The notes under the pieces are model-generated. The model was not told the origin of the DNA and searched no databases. It saw only the letters and a program-made list of their open reading frames with translations. Positions 1 through 11,290 of a stretch of DNA of 64,000 nt are shown piece after piece. This DNA comes from the human T2T-CHM13v2.0 reference genome, Homo sapiens: the NCBI RefSeq assembly GCF_009914755.1, contig NC_060935.1. The stretch is one strand, 5' to 3'. Position numbers and translations under genes: made by a program. Each line of letters starts with the position of its first letter. Within the stretch, counting starts at the first letter, position 1.

Positions 1-149
1 CACTGGAGTTGATTATCTTTCTAAGCTCAGATAGAAGCAGAGTCCAAATCTATAACAGTCTTTTTCATCAATGAGGAATATGAGTGTGATGGTGATGGCA
101 GGAAGGTAAAAGAAGGAAAATATCCCAGAAATAGATTTGGAAAAATATC

Positions 150-1605
150 TTGTGTCTCCCTATTTCTGCTTTCTAGAGACAGTGATGCCCTAGCAGTATT
201 GAAAACAGCTAGCACCTTGATCTTGGTTCCTAAATACCATCCACTACTCAAGAGAACTAGGTTTTCTTGGAGACAGGCTTGACTTCAGGACTGGAAAGAG
301 AAGGCAGAAGTGCGTCTAAAATGTTCTGTCATGCCAGAGCGAAAGAAAATGTGCAAAAAATAATGAGCACACATCAAAATAGCACAGGGCCAGCTTGATG
401 GGACACTATCTGGCCAAATCTAGGACAAATGAAATCAAAACAAATAACATAAATTGATTATAATCTGTTGAATAGAATAAAATGTCATGGTCCCATGCTT
501 ATAATTTAAAAAAAAAAAAAACTAAATAAATGTTGTAAAGGGGAAAGTTCTTCCTTACATAAATATGTCAACTAATAACTATATAAGGAATGATGGCATC
601 AGGGAAAAAAAGCCAGCATCATGCATCCGTACCAGTGACAACCAGCTCAGGTGAGAATTATCAAAGGCTGCTACACAGAAATTCAATGAAGGAAAGTTAT
701 TTACATAGTCTCAAAATGTCTTTCCAGCAATTACTTACTAATCTCAGAAAAATGGTAACATTAAAGTGGAGAATCCTGGCAGATACTTCCTTAACCAAGT
801 GATCATTGCTAGCATCACCAATACTGAGACATGCCAACAGCATGCCCTCCTACCATGAACTTTCATGTATATGGTATTCCTGCCCATAAATGTATAACCT
901 GAGTCCAGGACATATCAGACAAACTCTTCTCCTGGAACCTCACATAGTAGAAGGGGCAGAAGTCTCTGTTGAGACCCTTTTATAAGGGTACTAACCCCAT
1001 CATCAATTGTCCACCCTCATGACCTGATCACCTCCCAAAGCCACCACCTCCTGACCCCTCACACTGAGGATTAGGATTTTAGTATGTATTTTGGGGTATA
1101 CAAACATTTCAGACCATGGCAGGGACAATGCCTTGACAGAAGAAGGCTAAAACCATTAAAAAAAAATGACAACCAGATGCATTGTGTGATCTGGTACCAG
1201 ATCCAAGATGGAAGAAAAATAAAAGATATTACTAGCAAAAATGGAAAATTCTGAATAATAACTGCATATTATATGATGTTGTATAAACGTTAAATATCCT
1301 TTCGTAATTGTAAGAGAATATCTTGTTCTTAACATAAACACATGGAAGTGTTGGAGAAAAGGGTTATGATGTTTGCAGCTATATCTGAAATGGTCAGAAA
1401 AATATTGATTCACACAGATATGTACATTATCTATGTTTATCTATCTATCTATCTACCCATCTCTCCATTCCTAGAAATGATGATAAAACAAATGTGATGA
1501 AATATTAACAGTAGGCAAATCTTTCAGGGGGTTAGTGAGTGCTTTTGTACTATTCTGGAAATTTTTCTATAAGTGTGAAATTATTTTAAGGTAAAAAGCT
1601 AAAAA
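150..1605 (+). mobile_element. Old L1 (L1MC-like) 3' UTR, interrupted by a MaLR LTR
   Basis: L1MC 3'-end blocks such as ttccttaaccaagtgatca (787-805) and the terminal tttgtactattctggaaatttttctataagtgtgaaattatttt; boundaries approximate. Confidence 0.7.
930..1121 (-). mobile_element. MaLR LTR fragment (MST/MLT1A-like)
   Basis: ccctcatgacctgatcacctcccaaag...caaacatttcagaccatggca matches the reverse complement of the MST/MLT1A LTR start. Confidence 0.8.
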
Positions 1606-1690
1606 GGAGTTTATATATGTAGACTATTTACAGTTACAAGAGCAGCCAAACATATTAGTTTATTCGACCTTCATTAAGGAGCCCTGGGTG

Positions 1691-1726
1691 GTGTGTGTGT
1701 GCACGCACACATGTGTATATGCATGC
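1691..1726. repeat. Alternating purine-pyrimidine (TG/CA) tract
   Basis: gtgtgtgtgtgcacgcacacatgtgtatatgcatgc alternates for 36 nt. Confidence 0.9.
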
Positions 1727-1744
1727 TCACGTGTGTTAGTAATA

Positions 1745-1850
1745 GCCTTATTTTACACATGAGTAAACTGAAGCTCTGAGAGGTTATGGGATTTCTTTGA
1801 GGTCAATAACTAATATTAGCACAGAAATTCAGAAACCATGAGTCCACCTG
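1745..1850 (-). mobile_element. MIR fragment
   Basis: MIR core attttacacatgagtaaactgaagctctgagagg. Confidence 0.7.
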
Positions 1851-2099
1851 AAGCCGGCACCAAAAGTTCTTCACTAATTCCTTCTGAACTTCCATTTAGC
1901 CGACATACTGCATTACCCAGACTTCTCCACTCTCTGGCAGTCATGGGGACTGACTTCCATAGTGTGCTGAATTCCCAGTCTATGCCATTTGCTCCCTCTG
2001 GCTTACCCAGGTGCTCATGCGTTTACTAGTTGAGCCATATGCTTACCAAGAGTCAGCTGCATCATTTCCAAACTCTGTGCTTACCAGGTGTACTTGTTC

Positions 2100-2640
2100 A
2101 CTTAATTACATAATTTACCTAAAACCCTCACAAACTGGTACAATCTGAGTGTAAAAAGAGAATTGTCATTTCTATGAAAACTAAGTAGAATATTTTAGAA
2201 ATATTCAATATAATAGCTTGGAAAAAAAAAACCCTCCTGCAGTTGAATTAAATATGGGGGAAAAACCTAGTAGGGATGGGGAGAAATCATAGAGTCTAGA
2301 AATATTTTATACTCAGATAGGTTCACATTAGGAACCTTCACCCTCATGCTCGACTTTAAAGAAATTCAAAGTAGAAATCAAGAGTGATACTGTCAGAATA
2401 TTGTCTATTCAAGGAGACACCAGTTTCCAGTCAGCAGACACAGTCTCAAAGAGATGGTGTTGACCCAGTGTCAGAAGTCAAACAAAGGTACACGTACACG
2501 CTGTGGTATATTTACAAGTCTTCTCCATGGCTGCTTTTGAAACACCAGTGTACTCAGCTTTTTCTTGTAACAAGGTACCTGCTTATTCTATTGGAGACGC
2601 GTAAAGGGCTTCTATTCATTGTTCTGATTTTAGACTATTC
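2100..2640 (+). mobile_element. Ancient Tigger/pogo-family DNA transposon relic
   Basis: From 2159 reads RIVISMKTK*NILEIF, resembling the CENP-B-type N-terminal HTH of pogo/Tigger transposases; boundaries uncertain. Confidence 0.45.
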
Positions 2641-3620
2641 CCAGTTCCCTACAGCTCCACCCTGCCCAGTTTAGATTCTATAACCATCCAAAAGACCATC
2701 TATGATTCAGAACTGGTGAATGGCTTGCCCCCATTCCGTCGATCTCTACATGACACTATCAACTGATATGCAGTAGGACATGGAGTGATTCATTTAACTC
2801 CTCCCCCTGCCTCCAGACCACTGAACTATCCATCGTCCAAAATATGAGCTCAGTTAAAGCAACATGGGAAGCATTGAGGCTTCTACAATTTGGGTACTGT
2901 CCATTAAAATAATACATCTACATATATCTACACTGAGTGCTCTCATTATTTAAACTGGGAAACAATTAATGTGTGTAGCTATCATTTACAAACCATTCGG
3001 TCTCCGAATGCTTGCAATAGATTTACTCTCAGTGTTACTCTGACCTGGTGACCTAGAAAATGTCCAAGAGAAGGTAAGTCATTTAAAGGAGGAAACAATG
3101 CCACTATCTCCTTTCACACTCATTGCTGCTTGAATAAAAGAAGGAAAACGAAGCATACACCCTCTGCTCTGAGTGCCAGCCAGGCCCCCAGCAAGGAGAC
3201 CCGGGCTCCCCAGGTGAAGTTCCTTAAATCTTACATTGCTGCCCCTCGCCAAGCCCACAGGTAGGTGAAAGCAGTGGGTGGTGGGAAGAAGCGGGAGGAG
3301 AAAGTGGGACACAGATGAAAGGAGCACTTTATTTGATAAAATCGTAAAGAGCAGCTTGTACTGTAGAGCAAGAATCTCCAAGTAATAAATGTCAGGTTTA
3401 TGAACAATTGAGCCTCTCCTTTCCTGACTGAAATTGCTCTTTGAGGTCAGCTCTGTAAGTGCTCTGTGAGGTGAGGAGGCTGCGCTGCTGAGGGGGTTTG
3501 AGGTCGCTGATGCACCACTGGGAACGGGAAAGGGGGTGTGGGGGTGTGGGGGTATTGGGTTTGCCCATTGTGTTATTAGGGTCTACACTGAAAGAAGTGA
3601 TAACTATGCTGAGTAGTTTT

Positions 3621-3765
3621 TTTGTATTTTTTTGTTTTTTGGTTTGTTTGTTGTTTTTTTTTTTTGAGACGGAGTCTCGCTCTGTTGCCCAGGCTGGAGT
3701 GCAGTGGTGCGATCTTGGCTCACTCCAAGTTCCACCTTCCAGGTTCACGCCATTCTCCTGCCTCA
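3621..3765 (-). mobile_element. Severely 5'-truncated AluY-type element
   Basis: T-rich tail plus ~100 bp of right arm with the AluY-type ttcacgccattctcc; exact 16-bp TSD tatgctgagtagtttt at 3605-3620 and 3766-3781. Confidence 0.92.
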
Positions 3766-4549
3766 TATGCTGAGTAGTTTTAATAAAGAAAAGCATCCAG
3801 ACATCCCCACAAACAAGACTTTGTGACTGGAGCCTCAGTAAGGGGTCACTGAACTCCAGAACCACACTCACTCAACAAGACAAAGTACCTTCCTCAACAC
3901 CAGGCTGCTGAACCCTCCCATAGCTCACACACAGCTGCCCATTGTCAAAAACAAAAGCAATGAGTGAGATGGAATTCTCTTTTCAATATCTGCTCCTACC
4001 CTCAAAGTAGACGCTGCCTTTGGGTGGGCCAGTCCAGTAGCATAACCAAGGAATGTAAATCCTCAGCATGTAAAGGCGGGGTGGAAAGAAGCCACAGACA
4101 CGCATGTGGGAGACTCGCGCACCCACACCAAAGCTGACTTCGATGCTTAAAGGTCGAAGCACCGGACCCCTCTTCTTTTATCTCTGTGGTAGAGACAAAC
4201 ACAACTTACATCTCATTTCCTCATGATCTACAGTGAAAGAAAGTGAGTGGAATACAGGTTATAGGCATTTACAAGATTCCAGTCCATTGGGACCTTGCAC
4301 ATGGGAACACAACAGCATCTCTTCAAATGCAATTTTGAAGATGTTCACACAGGCATCATGGGGAGAAGACTGGAAGGAATGCTCTGCACCCTGGGGTTGT
4401 GTGCTGAGTGCGACTCTGGGGAAGGTAAGGAAATGACAGCCAGTGTTAAATGATTCTGAAGCAAGATCCTTCAGATTTCATATAGGGAGGTATTATTAGA
4501 GGAAAGAAAAAAAATAAGAATTTCAGCTTTTATTATCAAATATCGCATA

Positions 4550-4675
4550 ATTATTCAGAAGTCAACAAATAACTTGTTGAACACTTACTGGGTCCCAAAC
4601 ACTTGTCTTAAATGCTGGGGATACCGCACTACCAAACAGACACGAATTCCTGCTCTCATGGAACTTGTGTTTTTG
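4550..4675 (-). mobile_element. L2 3' end
   Basis: tcaacaaata...ttgaacacttactg...tgctggggata...cctgctctcatggaactt. Confidence 0.7.
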
Positions 4676-7439
4676 TTGAGTGTGTTTAGTTTTGTTATAT
4701 CCTTGCTGAAAAGATAGCAAATATTTGAAGTTAGTTAGTTAGTTTTGTGCTGGAGCAATTGTCTCCAGAATAAGGAAGGAAGGACAGAGGGGAGGAAGGG
4801 AGAGAGGAGGAAAGACACGGAGGGAGGGAAAAAGCAAGGGATGGAGGAAAAACAAGAAATAGATACTGAGGTACATTTTGACTTTCTCAAATGGTCTCTT
4901 CCCAACTTCCCCAGGTTTACTTCCTTGGAAGCACACAGAAATAATAAGCCTTTCATGGGAGAACTAATTTCCCACCTGATTTTCCTACCAGGTGGCTAAG
5001 TCACAGGTGTTTAAGTCACATGCTTTCAGGTTAGGCTTAAAAAAAATACCTCCCCCTGGAGCTGCTAAGCCAAGGAGTCCTCTGCTCCTCATTGTGCCAT
5101 TCGACTCTGTGGCCATTAGAAACACGTTTCTGAGGAGCCTACTGGAAGCACGGGCAGCTGGAATTGAACTGGCAACTGCAGAAAGAAGCCTGTGGCAAAA
5201 ATTAGGGCAAGAAAGAATTGGAGAAGGGGGGACTCAGGGGGCCCAGTGACTGACGCAATAGGAAGCAGGGATGATGAGCGGTTCTGTGAGTTGATTTGTA
5301 TTTCCCGGGGTTAAGGCAGCAGGGCCTTGATAGACCATATGGTCTGGCCTTGACCCTTAAATCTCTGCCTGCCCAGAGAGCAGCAGCCCTCACTGTAGCT
5401 GGCTTCCACCTCTTGTTATTCTTGGCACTAGGAGTCCTGATCGCAGGGTAGTTCAGTATCATAATCCAAAGAATTAGATAGAAACCATCTGGAAGAGCAA
5501 CCAACTTTAACCTTGAGGGCTATGTGAAAATAACCTTCATCCACTGAGCCCTTTGTTCACATGGAAAAATAGGTTAGTTAGAGCATATTTCAAAAAGCAC
5601 CAGGGTCTTGGGAGCCATCCACCTCAGAAGAGAACAACATTTAACCACTATGCTTTGATATCTATACAATGCATTTTTTCCCATCTGCTTAGTGCCAAAT
5701 TTCCTGTTTCTTGCACGATGGGGATTCAATAAACAGGGCCAAGAAGGTAACAAAGCTCACTGCAGGATGCTAAGCAATAGAAAGCAGAGAGGCCACGCCT
5801 GTAATAAATCAATTAGCCGATTATTCAGCAGAGGAAATGCAGTTAAATAGACCAGTGACTTACTATGGACTCTGAAGGCACAAAAAGGAATAGGTGAGAA
5901 TGCAAGACAAGCAATTAATCCTATTATCCTTGTTTATTTGTTATGTTTAGGCTCCTGAGAGCCCCCACGAGGCTCCCACCACACTCATTTATATCTAAGG
6001 AAGTCTGCATGGCACGGTTCACACACACAGCTCTTGTCAGCATAAGTTTATTCCCTAGTGAAGTTGTGAGACTTCATCAATTAACAATATCAGAGAGGAA
6101 ATGTAATTCTCCAAAAAGCCACAGAGTCAGTCAATGAAAACGCACAGCATATAAACTCAGAGTTCTCTGACTTAATTGCCCAGACTGCGATTCTGCACAA
6201 GAAACCATCTCTCTTCAAGGTGACTCTTCAGGAAGGAGTTTTGTGCTGTTAGAAAAAAAGTGTTACATCTCATCTCTATTTAACTCCACATGAGCCAGGA
6301 GCTAACGCGGCCTCTTCTTGTAAATGAAGCATAACTGGGCTCAGTCGGGCAGGATGTTAGAGCAGCTCAGGAAGGAGCCAGGAATAGTCCCTCTGTTCTC
6401 TGGATTGGGGCCATGCAGCCCAAAGCCCAGAGTTTACCTTGGGCACGGCCATTGTAGGGTAAATGCCATCTTCTGAAACACTGGTTCTTAGGTCCAAAAT
6501 GCCTCCACTGTCTTCAGTATTGGGAAATGAAATACTGGGGAAGATAAGATAGTAAGACAATAACTCATCTTTTCTGCCACCTGATCTAGCAAAAAGAGGA
6601 AGAGTAAATAACTAGCAACTACTATTTTTTGCCAAAATCCTTCTCTGGGATGGTCAGGACCTTGCTACCAAAGCTCTCATTTCTAAAATTGCACCCTAGT
6701 CATAAACACCCTGGAAAGTATATGAAAAAATCACACACCAAAATGGTCCCGTGCACATGCTGGCGACGAATAGTCACATATACACTGGGAAAGTGTGCAG
6801 CTCCTTGGTGAAAATGTAGGACCCTATTTGAGAACCTGGGATTTCAGGATCCTGGTGGAAACAGCATGCCTTCCAGGGACTGGCCATAGCCTTTGGTAGC
6901 CAGTTGGGAACCTTTGTATGAATGGAAGGAGGGCACTTATTCCTCCAGGACATCACAGTCACGGTGGGTCCGGGAGCAGGGCTGCACAAGGGCCTGTGCT
7001 CAGTGGCCTCAGGGTCCTGGGAAGTGGAGGGCTCAGTGGGCTAACTTCAGGCCTCCTCTATCCTCTTCTCACCCCTGTACAATAAGAGCACGCTATCCAT
7101 TTCACATAGTGAGGTTGTCAATGATATTTTATTTTCCAGAAAATGACTCCACAGCTTAAATAAAAATGTTGAAGGCCACTGTGAGCTACATCTCAAATGG
7201 CCCCCGAGGGATCTTTTCCATGGCCTTAGCTCACTTGCAGAAGACATCTGCATGGCCCAGCAAGCTCCGCGGATGCAGAGGCAGAGTGTGATCAAAGCCC
7301 AGCTCAGCTCTCCTCTGGTCGCCGAATACCTGTCTGGGGCACATTGGAGAGGAGCAGGGGACCTGGTAATAGAGCTGTTGTTGTCTTCCTCTGGTACGAA
7401 ATCAGAATTCGAGCCACAGAAATAAAACTCTGAGGAGTG

Positions 7440-8040
7440 AAAGGAAGGTAGAACTGATTGGCAGGGAGGGGCAGAGACCTAGGGAGGGGCAGAGCGACAG
7501 ACAGATAGCAACAGAGGCACCCTGAGAGGTGACATCTGATGACACATCCTCTTTTCTGAGCCTGCAGCTTCCTTCTAGGAAGGAGGCCAACATAAATTCT
7601 TCCACTCAGCAGTGCTGAGATAGACCCGAAAGAAAACAAAAAGGGGATTAATCTCCGCATTGCAGGTGCCCCTCAGCCACCCTGCTAATACCCGCCTTCC
7701 ATGGAGGGTTTGATTTGAGGAGGGCTTTGCCGGTAGCTGAAATACCAACCACAGGCTCTGCCCTCCCCCACTCCCCCTTTCATTTTATTTCAATCAAGCC
7801 GTGTGTCTGATTGCTTCACTCTGGAGGGCTGGCAGCGGTACATTAACCTGCCGGCTCGCGGTGAGCAACGTGGGCTGCAAATGTGGCTATCAAAGGACCT
7901 CTTCTGTCTCTGCAGGTTCCTGGTGAGGCCGACAAAAAGCAGCAATAGAAAAGTCTCAGCATCATGGTGGCATTTTCTTACCTCCCAATTAACCTTCACA
8001 TTGGTAAACACGCAATGAGCTTTGTATCGAAAACTGTGCC
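7440..8040. promoter_or_regulatory. Candidate enhancer/promoter in unique sequence
   Basis: Reverse CCAAT (7454-7461), duplicated agggaggggcagag, E-boxes, GATTAATC, ATCAAAG (7889-7895), GTAAACA (8004-8010), raised CpG; motif evidence only. Confidence 0.35.
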
Positions 8041-9119
8041 TCACCCATATTCTAGAAGTTTCTTCACTTTGAAAATGGGCACAATGAACAATTCATAGAG
8101 GATGCATTTCCATCCCTTCTCATTCTTATATGTCATGTGTTCAATTCTCTTTCTGTATCTCCTTTCTTCTGGATATTATCAGCCTCCTCTGGCTGTATAA
8201 TTTTTATGGCCTCTTTTTCTTTGCCCATTTCTGCATGTCCCACAATGGGTTAAGTGATTCCACTGAGCCTAAACATACTTAGAAACAACTCTATCAATCA
8301 CCACAGGCGCTCTGAAAGGGAAGATTACTGCACATGCACATTTTAATTGAGTTTTGTAAAGAGAGAGAGAGAAAAGGCTCTGTACTTAGCACCCACTAGT
8401 CTGCAGTCATAGCAGAATAGCAAGGATTTGACTTTCAAAAATTTCCTGGTCCAAAATTATGTCCTACAACACAGCCTGTCTGGGAAGATCGTGTGTCATG
8501 CTGTCAAATTTTACCTATAGTCTGGCTCATTTTGAACAGACTGTACTCTATGTGTTAAGCTTCATTGGGGTCCATTTTAAATGAGGCAGCTCCTAGAAGG
8601 TTATCTGACACATACAAATGCAGTGCTGATGGGTTCAAAACACGCAGCCTGGTCTACCCTGCCCTGCTGTTCTCATCCACACACTGAAATAATTCCCACT
8701 TCTTCTTAACTCTATTAATTTATTGCTAATGCATTAAATCATATTCTAATGGCTTAGAAGCAGTAAATTACTTCCCCAGATACCCTACATCAACGTACAA
8801 AGTGTTTTTTTTCATCGTACAGGCTCCGACCAATAAGAATGGTCAGTGTTACAAATGATGAAGTGGGACATAGTGCTGGAAAGCCACAAGCCTCGCTCTC
8901 TTTTCATCTCCTGTTTTACCCCAGTCCACACCCAAGCCCTTGGAGATTCTTATTCTGTGCTTGCAAAGTGGTGCTAAGATTCACCATCTCAATCTCAAAG
9001 GGGCTGCATGAGCATGTTGCACAAAATTTTAGCTGCCTGAAGGTTTATTTCCAGAAATTAGAATAACTGGCTCCCCTCTTTCCTAGACATCCTCCTATCA
9101 TTCCCTGTCCCCCTTGCAA

Positions 9120-9430
9120 CCTCACCATGTTCCTCACTGTCTCCAGCAGACTGTGCCCATCAAGACAGCGACTGCCATTTTCTGTGCCTCCAGGACTGGG
9201 GTCATCATCAGGGCTGTGCATACAGTAGGTGATTAATACATTCTTATTGATTAATACAAATAGCATCACACTGACCACACTGTATTTTTATTTGTTGTGT
9301 ATATACCATTTATCCCAATTCACTTTGGAGGGTGAGAGCCATATCATGTATTTCTCGTGTTTTCCCCCATTCAGTCCCACCAACCTGGCACAGGTGAGCA
9401 TCCAGGAGGGACTGCCGTCAGAATGAATAT
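9120..9430 (+). mobile_element. L2 3'-end fragments
   Basis: gcatacagtaggtgattaatacattcttattga, followed by a second degenerate L2 terminus. Confidence 0.5.
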
Positions 9431-10352
9431 GAGAGCAGTTGCCTTTGTATATTACAATTGATATTTTTTCTTCTAACTCATGGATGATCTTGGGATATTA
9501 ATAAGTTCTTAATTTAATCAGCTGACTTGCTAAGTGAAGATAAATTGTTAACTGGAGCAGCATCTTTCTGGATGCTACATTACCCAGCTAGGCTTGGGAA
9601 GCACATCGATGACTATGGTAGCTGGAGCATAAGAGTTAAAGAGCTGATTTAAAGCTATCAGAGCTACTTGTAGTTGGAGCTTTGCTTGATGACACTGAAG
9701 GTTTGCTTGCTTATTGAGTTTGATTATTTGCATTGCGTGATTATAAGGTATATCACTCCCAGAATTGATTTGATGTGTTGTGATTGCAACAGCTTTTTGT
9801 TATGTGACCTGATAGCTGATTGGTTCAAGTGAACTTCTCTACAGAATTATCTATTCCTCTTCCTTCAATAACCACCAAACACACACACACCAACTCACTG
9901 AGAGGAACAGTGACAAACTGCATGCATGTGGCATCTGACACCTGAGCCTCCCTGGCACTCTGAGATAACCTTACCCCTCTCCAGAGCAGGCTGCCTGTCG
10001 ATTGCCACTGTGGAGCCTCCTCCAGTGACGCAATGATGTCCTCCCACTGAAGTTTCTTTCACCATCCATGTTGCTGCTCCTTAGCACCCACTAAAGTACC
10101 TCGGGTGCCTGGCCCTGGGCATCCTGCAGAGGCTCCTAGAAAACAGCAGAGCTCCTCAGCCTCTTTCAAAGAATGCCAGCCCAAGGTTCCATCGACAGGT
10201 GTCATATGGGACACTAGCTATACTTCATGGCAGAAATGCTACCTGCCACCTATGAACCACAGAATGCTGCCCCTTAGATATATAAGTTAAAGTACAAAGT
10301 GACAATATCCAGAACAGTAGAGGCTGTCACATGACCCCAGTGCTTTCTGTTT

Positions 10353-10638
10353 CTTTTTTTAGACAGCGTCTTGTTCTGTCACCCAGGCTGGAGTGCAGTG
10401 GTGCGATCTCATCACTGCAAGCTTTGCCTCCTGGGTTCCAGTGATTCTCCCACCTCAGCCTCCCAAGTAGCTGGGACTACAGGCATGCCTCACCATGCCT
10501 GGCTAAGTTTTGTATTTTTATTAAAGACAGGGTTTCACATGTTGGCCAGGCTGGCCTAGAACTCCTGTCCTCAGGTGATCCGCCAGCCTCAGCCTCCCAA
10601 ACTGCTGTGATTATAGGTGTTGAGTCACCGCGCCCAGC
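10353..10638 (-). mobile_element. AluS element
   Basis: Full dimeric Alu; degenerate TSD tgc(t/a)t(t/c)ctgtttcttt. Confidence 0.95.
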
Positions 10639-10699
10639 TGCATCCTGTTTCTTTCAGGAACATCACCCATGGTGGTTTTACAGCATAGCTATTAACTTC

Positions 10700-11290
10700 A
10701 TGCTAATGCACCTTATGTATACATAACATAACAAACCCTGGTGGTGTTATCTTTTCATTTCACAAACGAAGACTGTAGCTGTGATATGGTTTGGATGTTT
10801 GTCCTCTCCAAGTCTCACCTTGAAATGTGATTCCCAGTGTTGGAGGTGGGGCCTTTTGTGGGGGCTGATTGGATCATGGTGCAGATCCCTTGTGAATGGT
10901 TCAGTACTATCCCCCTGGTGATAAGTGAGTTCTTACTCAGTTCATGCAAGATCTGTTTTTTCAAAGAATGTAGCACTTCCCCCTCTCTCTCTCTCGCCCC
11001 TGCTTGGGCCACATGACATGCTGGTCCCCCATTGCTTTCCACCATGAGTGGAAGCTCCCTGAGGCCTCACCAGAAGCAGATGCCAGCACCACACTTCTTG
11101 TACAGCCTGCAGAACCATAAGCCAATGAAACCTCTTTTCTTTATAAATTATCCAGCATCACATATTCCTTTACAGAGACACAAGAATGGACTGACACAGG
11201 CTTAGAGCAGTTAGTTAGGTAACGTGCCCAGGACCAAGCAGCTATGGAGCCAGCCTGGATCCCAGGTCAGTGCGAGCAGTTGTTGCTCAT
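10700..11290 (-). mobile_element. MIR split by an MST LTR
   Basis: catttcacaaacgaagactg before the LTR and ggtaacgtgcccaggacc after it. Confidence 0.6.
10782..11198 (+). mobile_element. MaLR solo LTR (MSTA/MSTB-like)
   Basis: Starts tgatatggtttggatg, ends gaatggactgacaca; internal cctgaggcctcaccagaagcagatgc. Confidence 0.9.

Noticed and set aside
3398-3871. 157-aa ORF
   Set aside because: Its middle is the translated Alu and its tail; the Alu-overlapping ORFs at 13450, 22215, 30710-31229, 44180, 44995 and 62047 are also Alu translations
7861-7915. gtgagc...ctgcag as an intron
   Set aside because: 55 nt is below the usual minimum human intron size and no coding frame supports it
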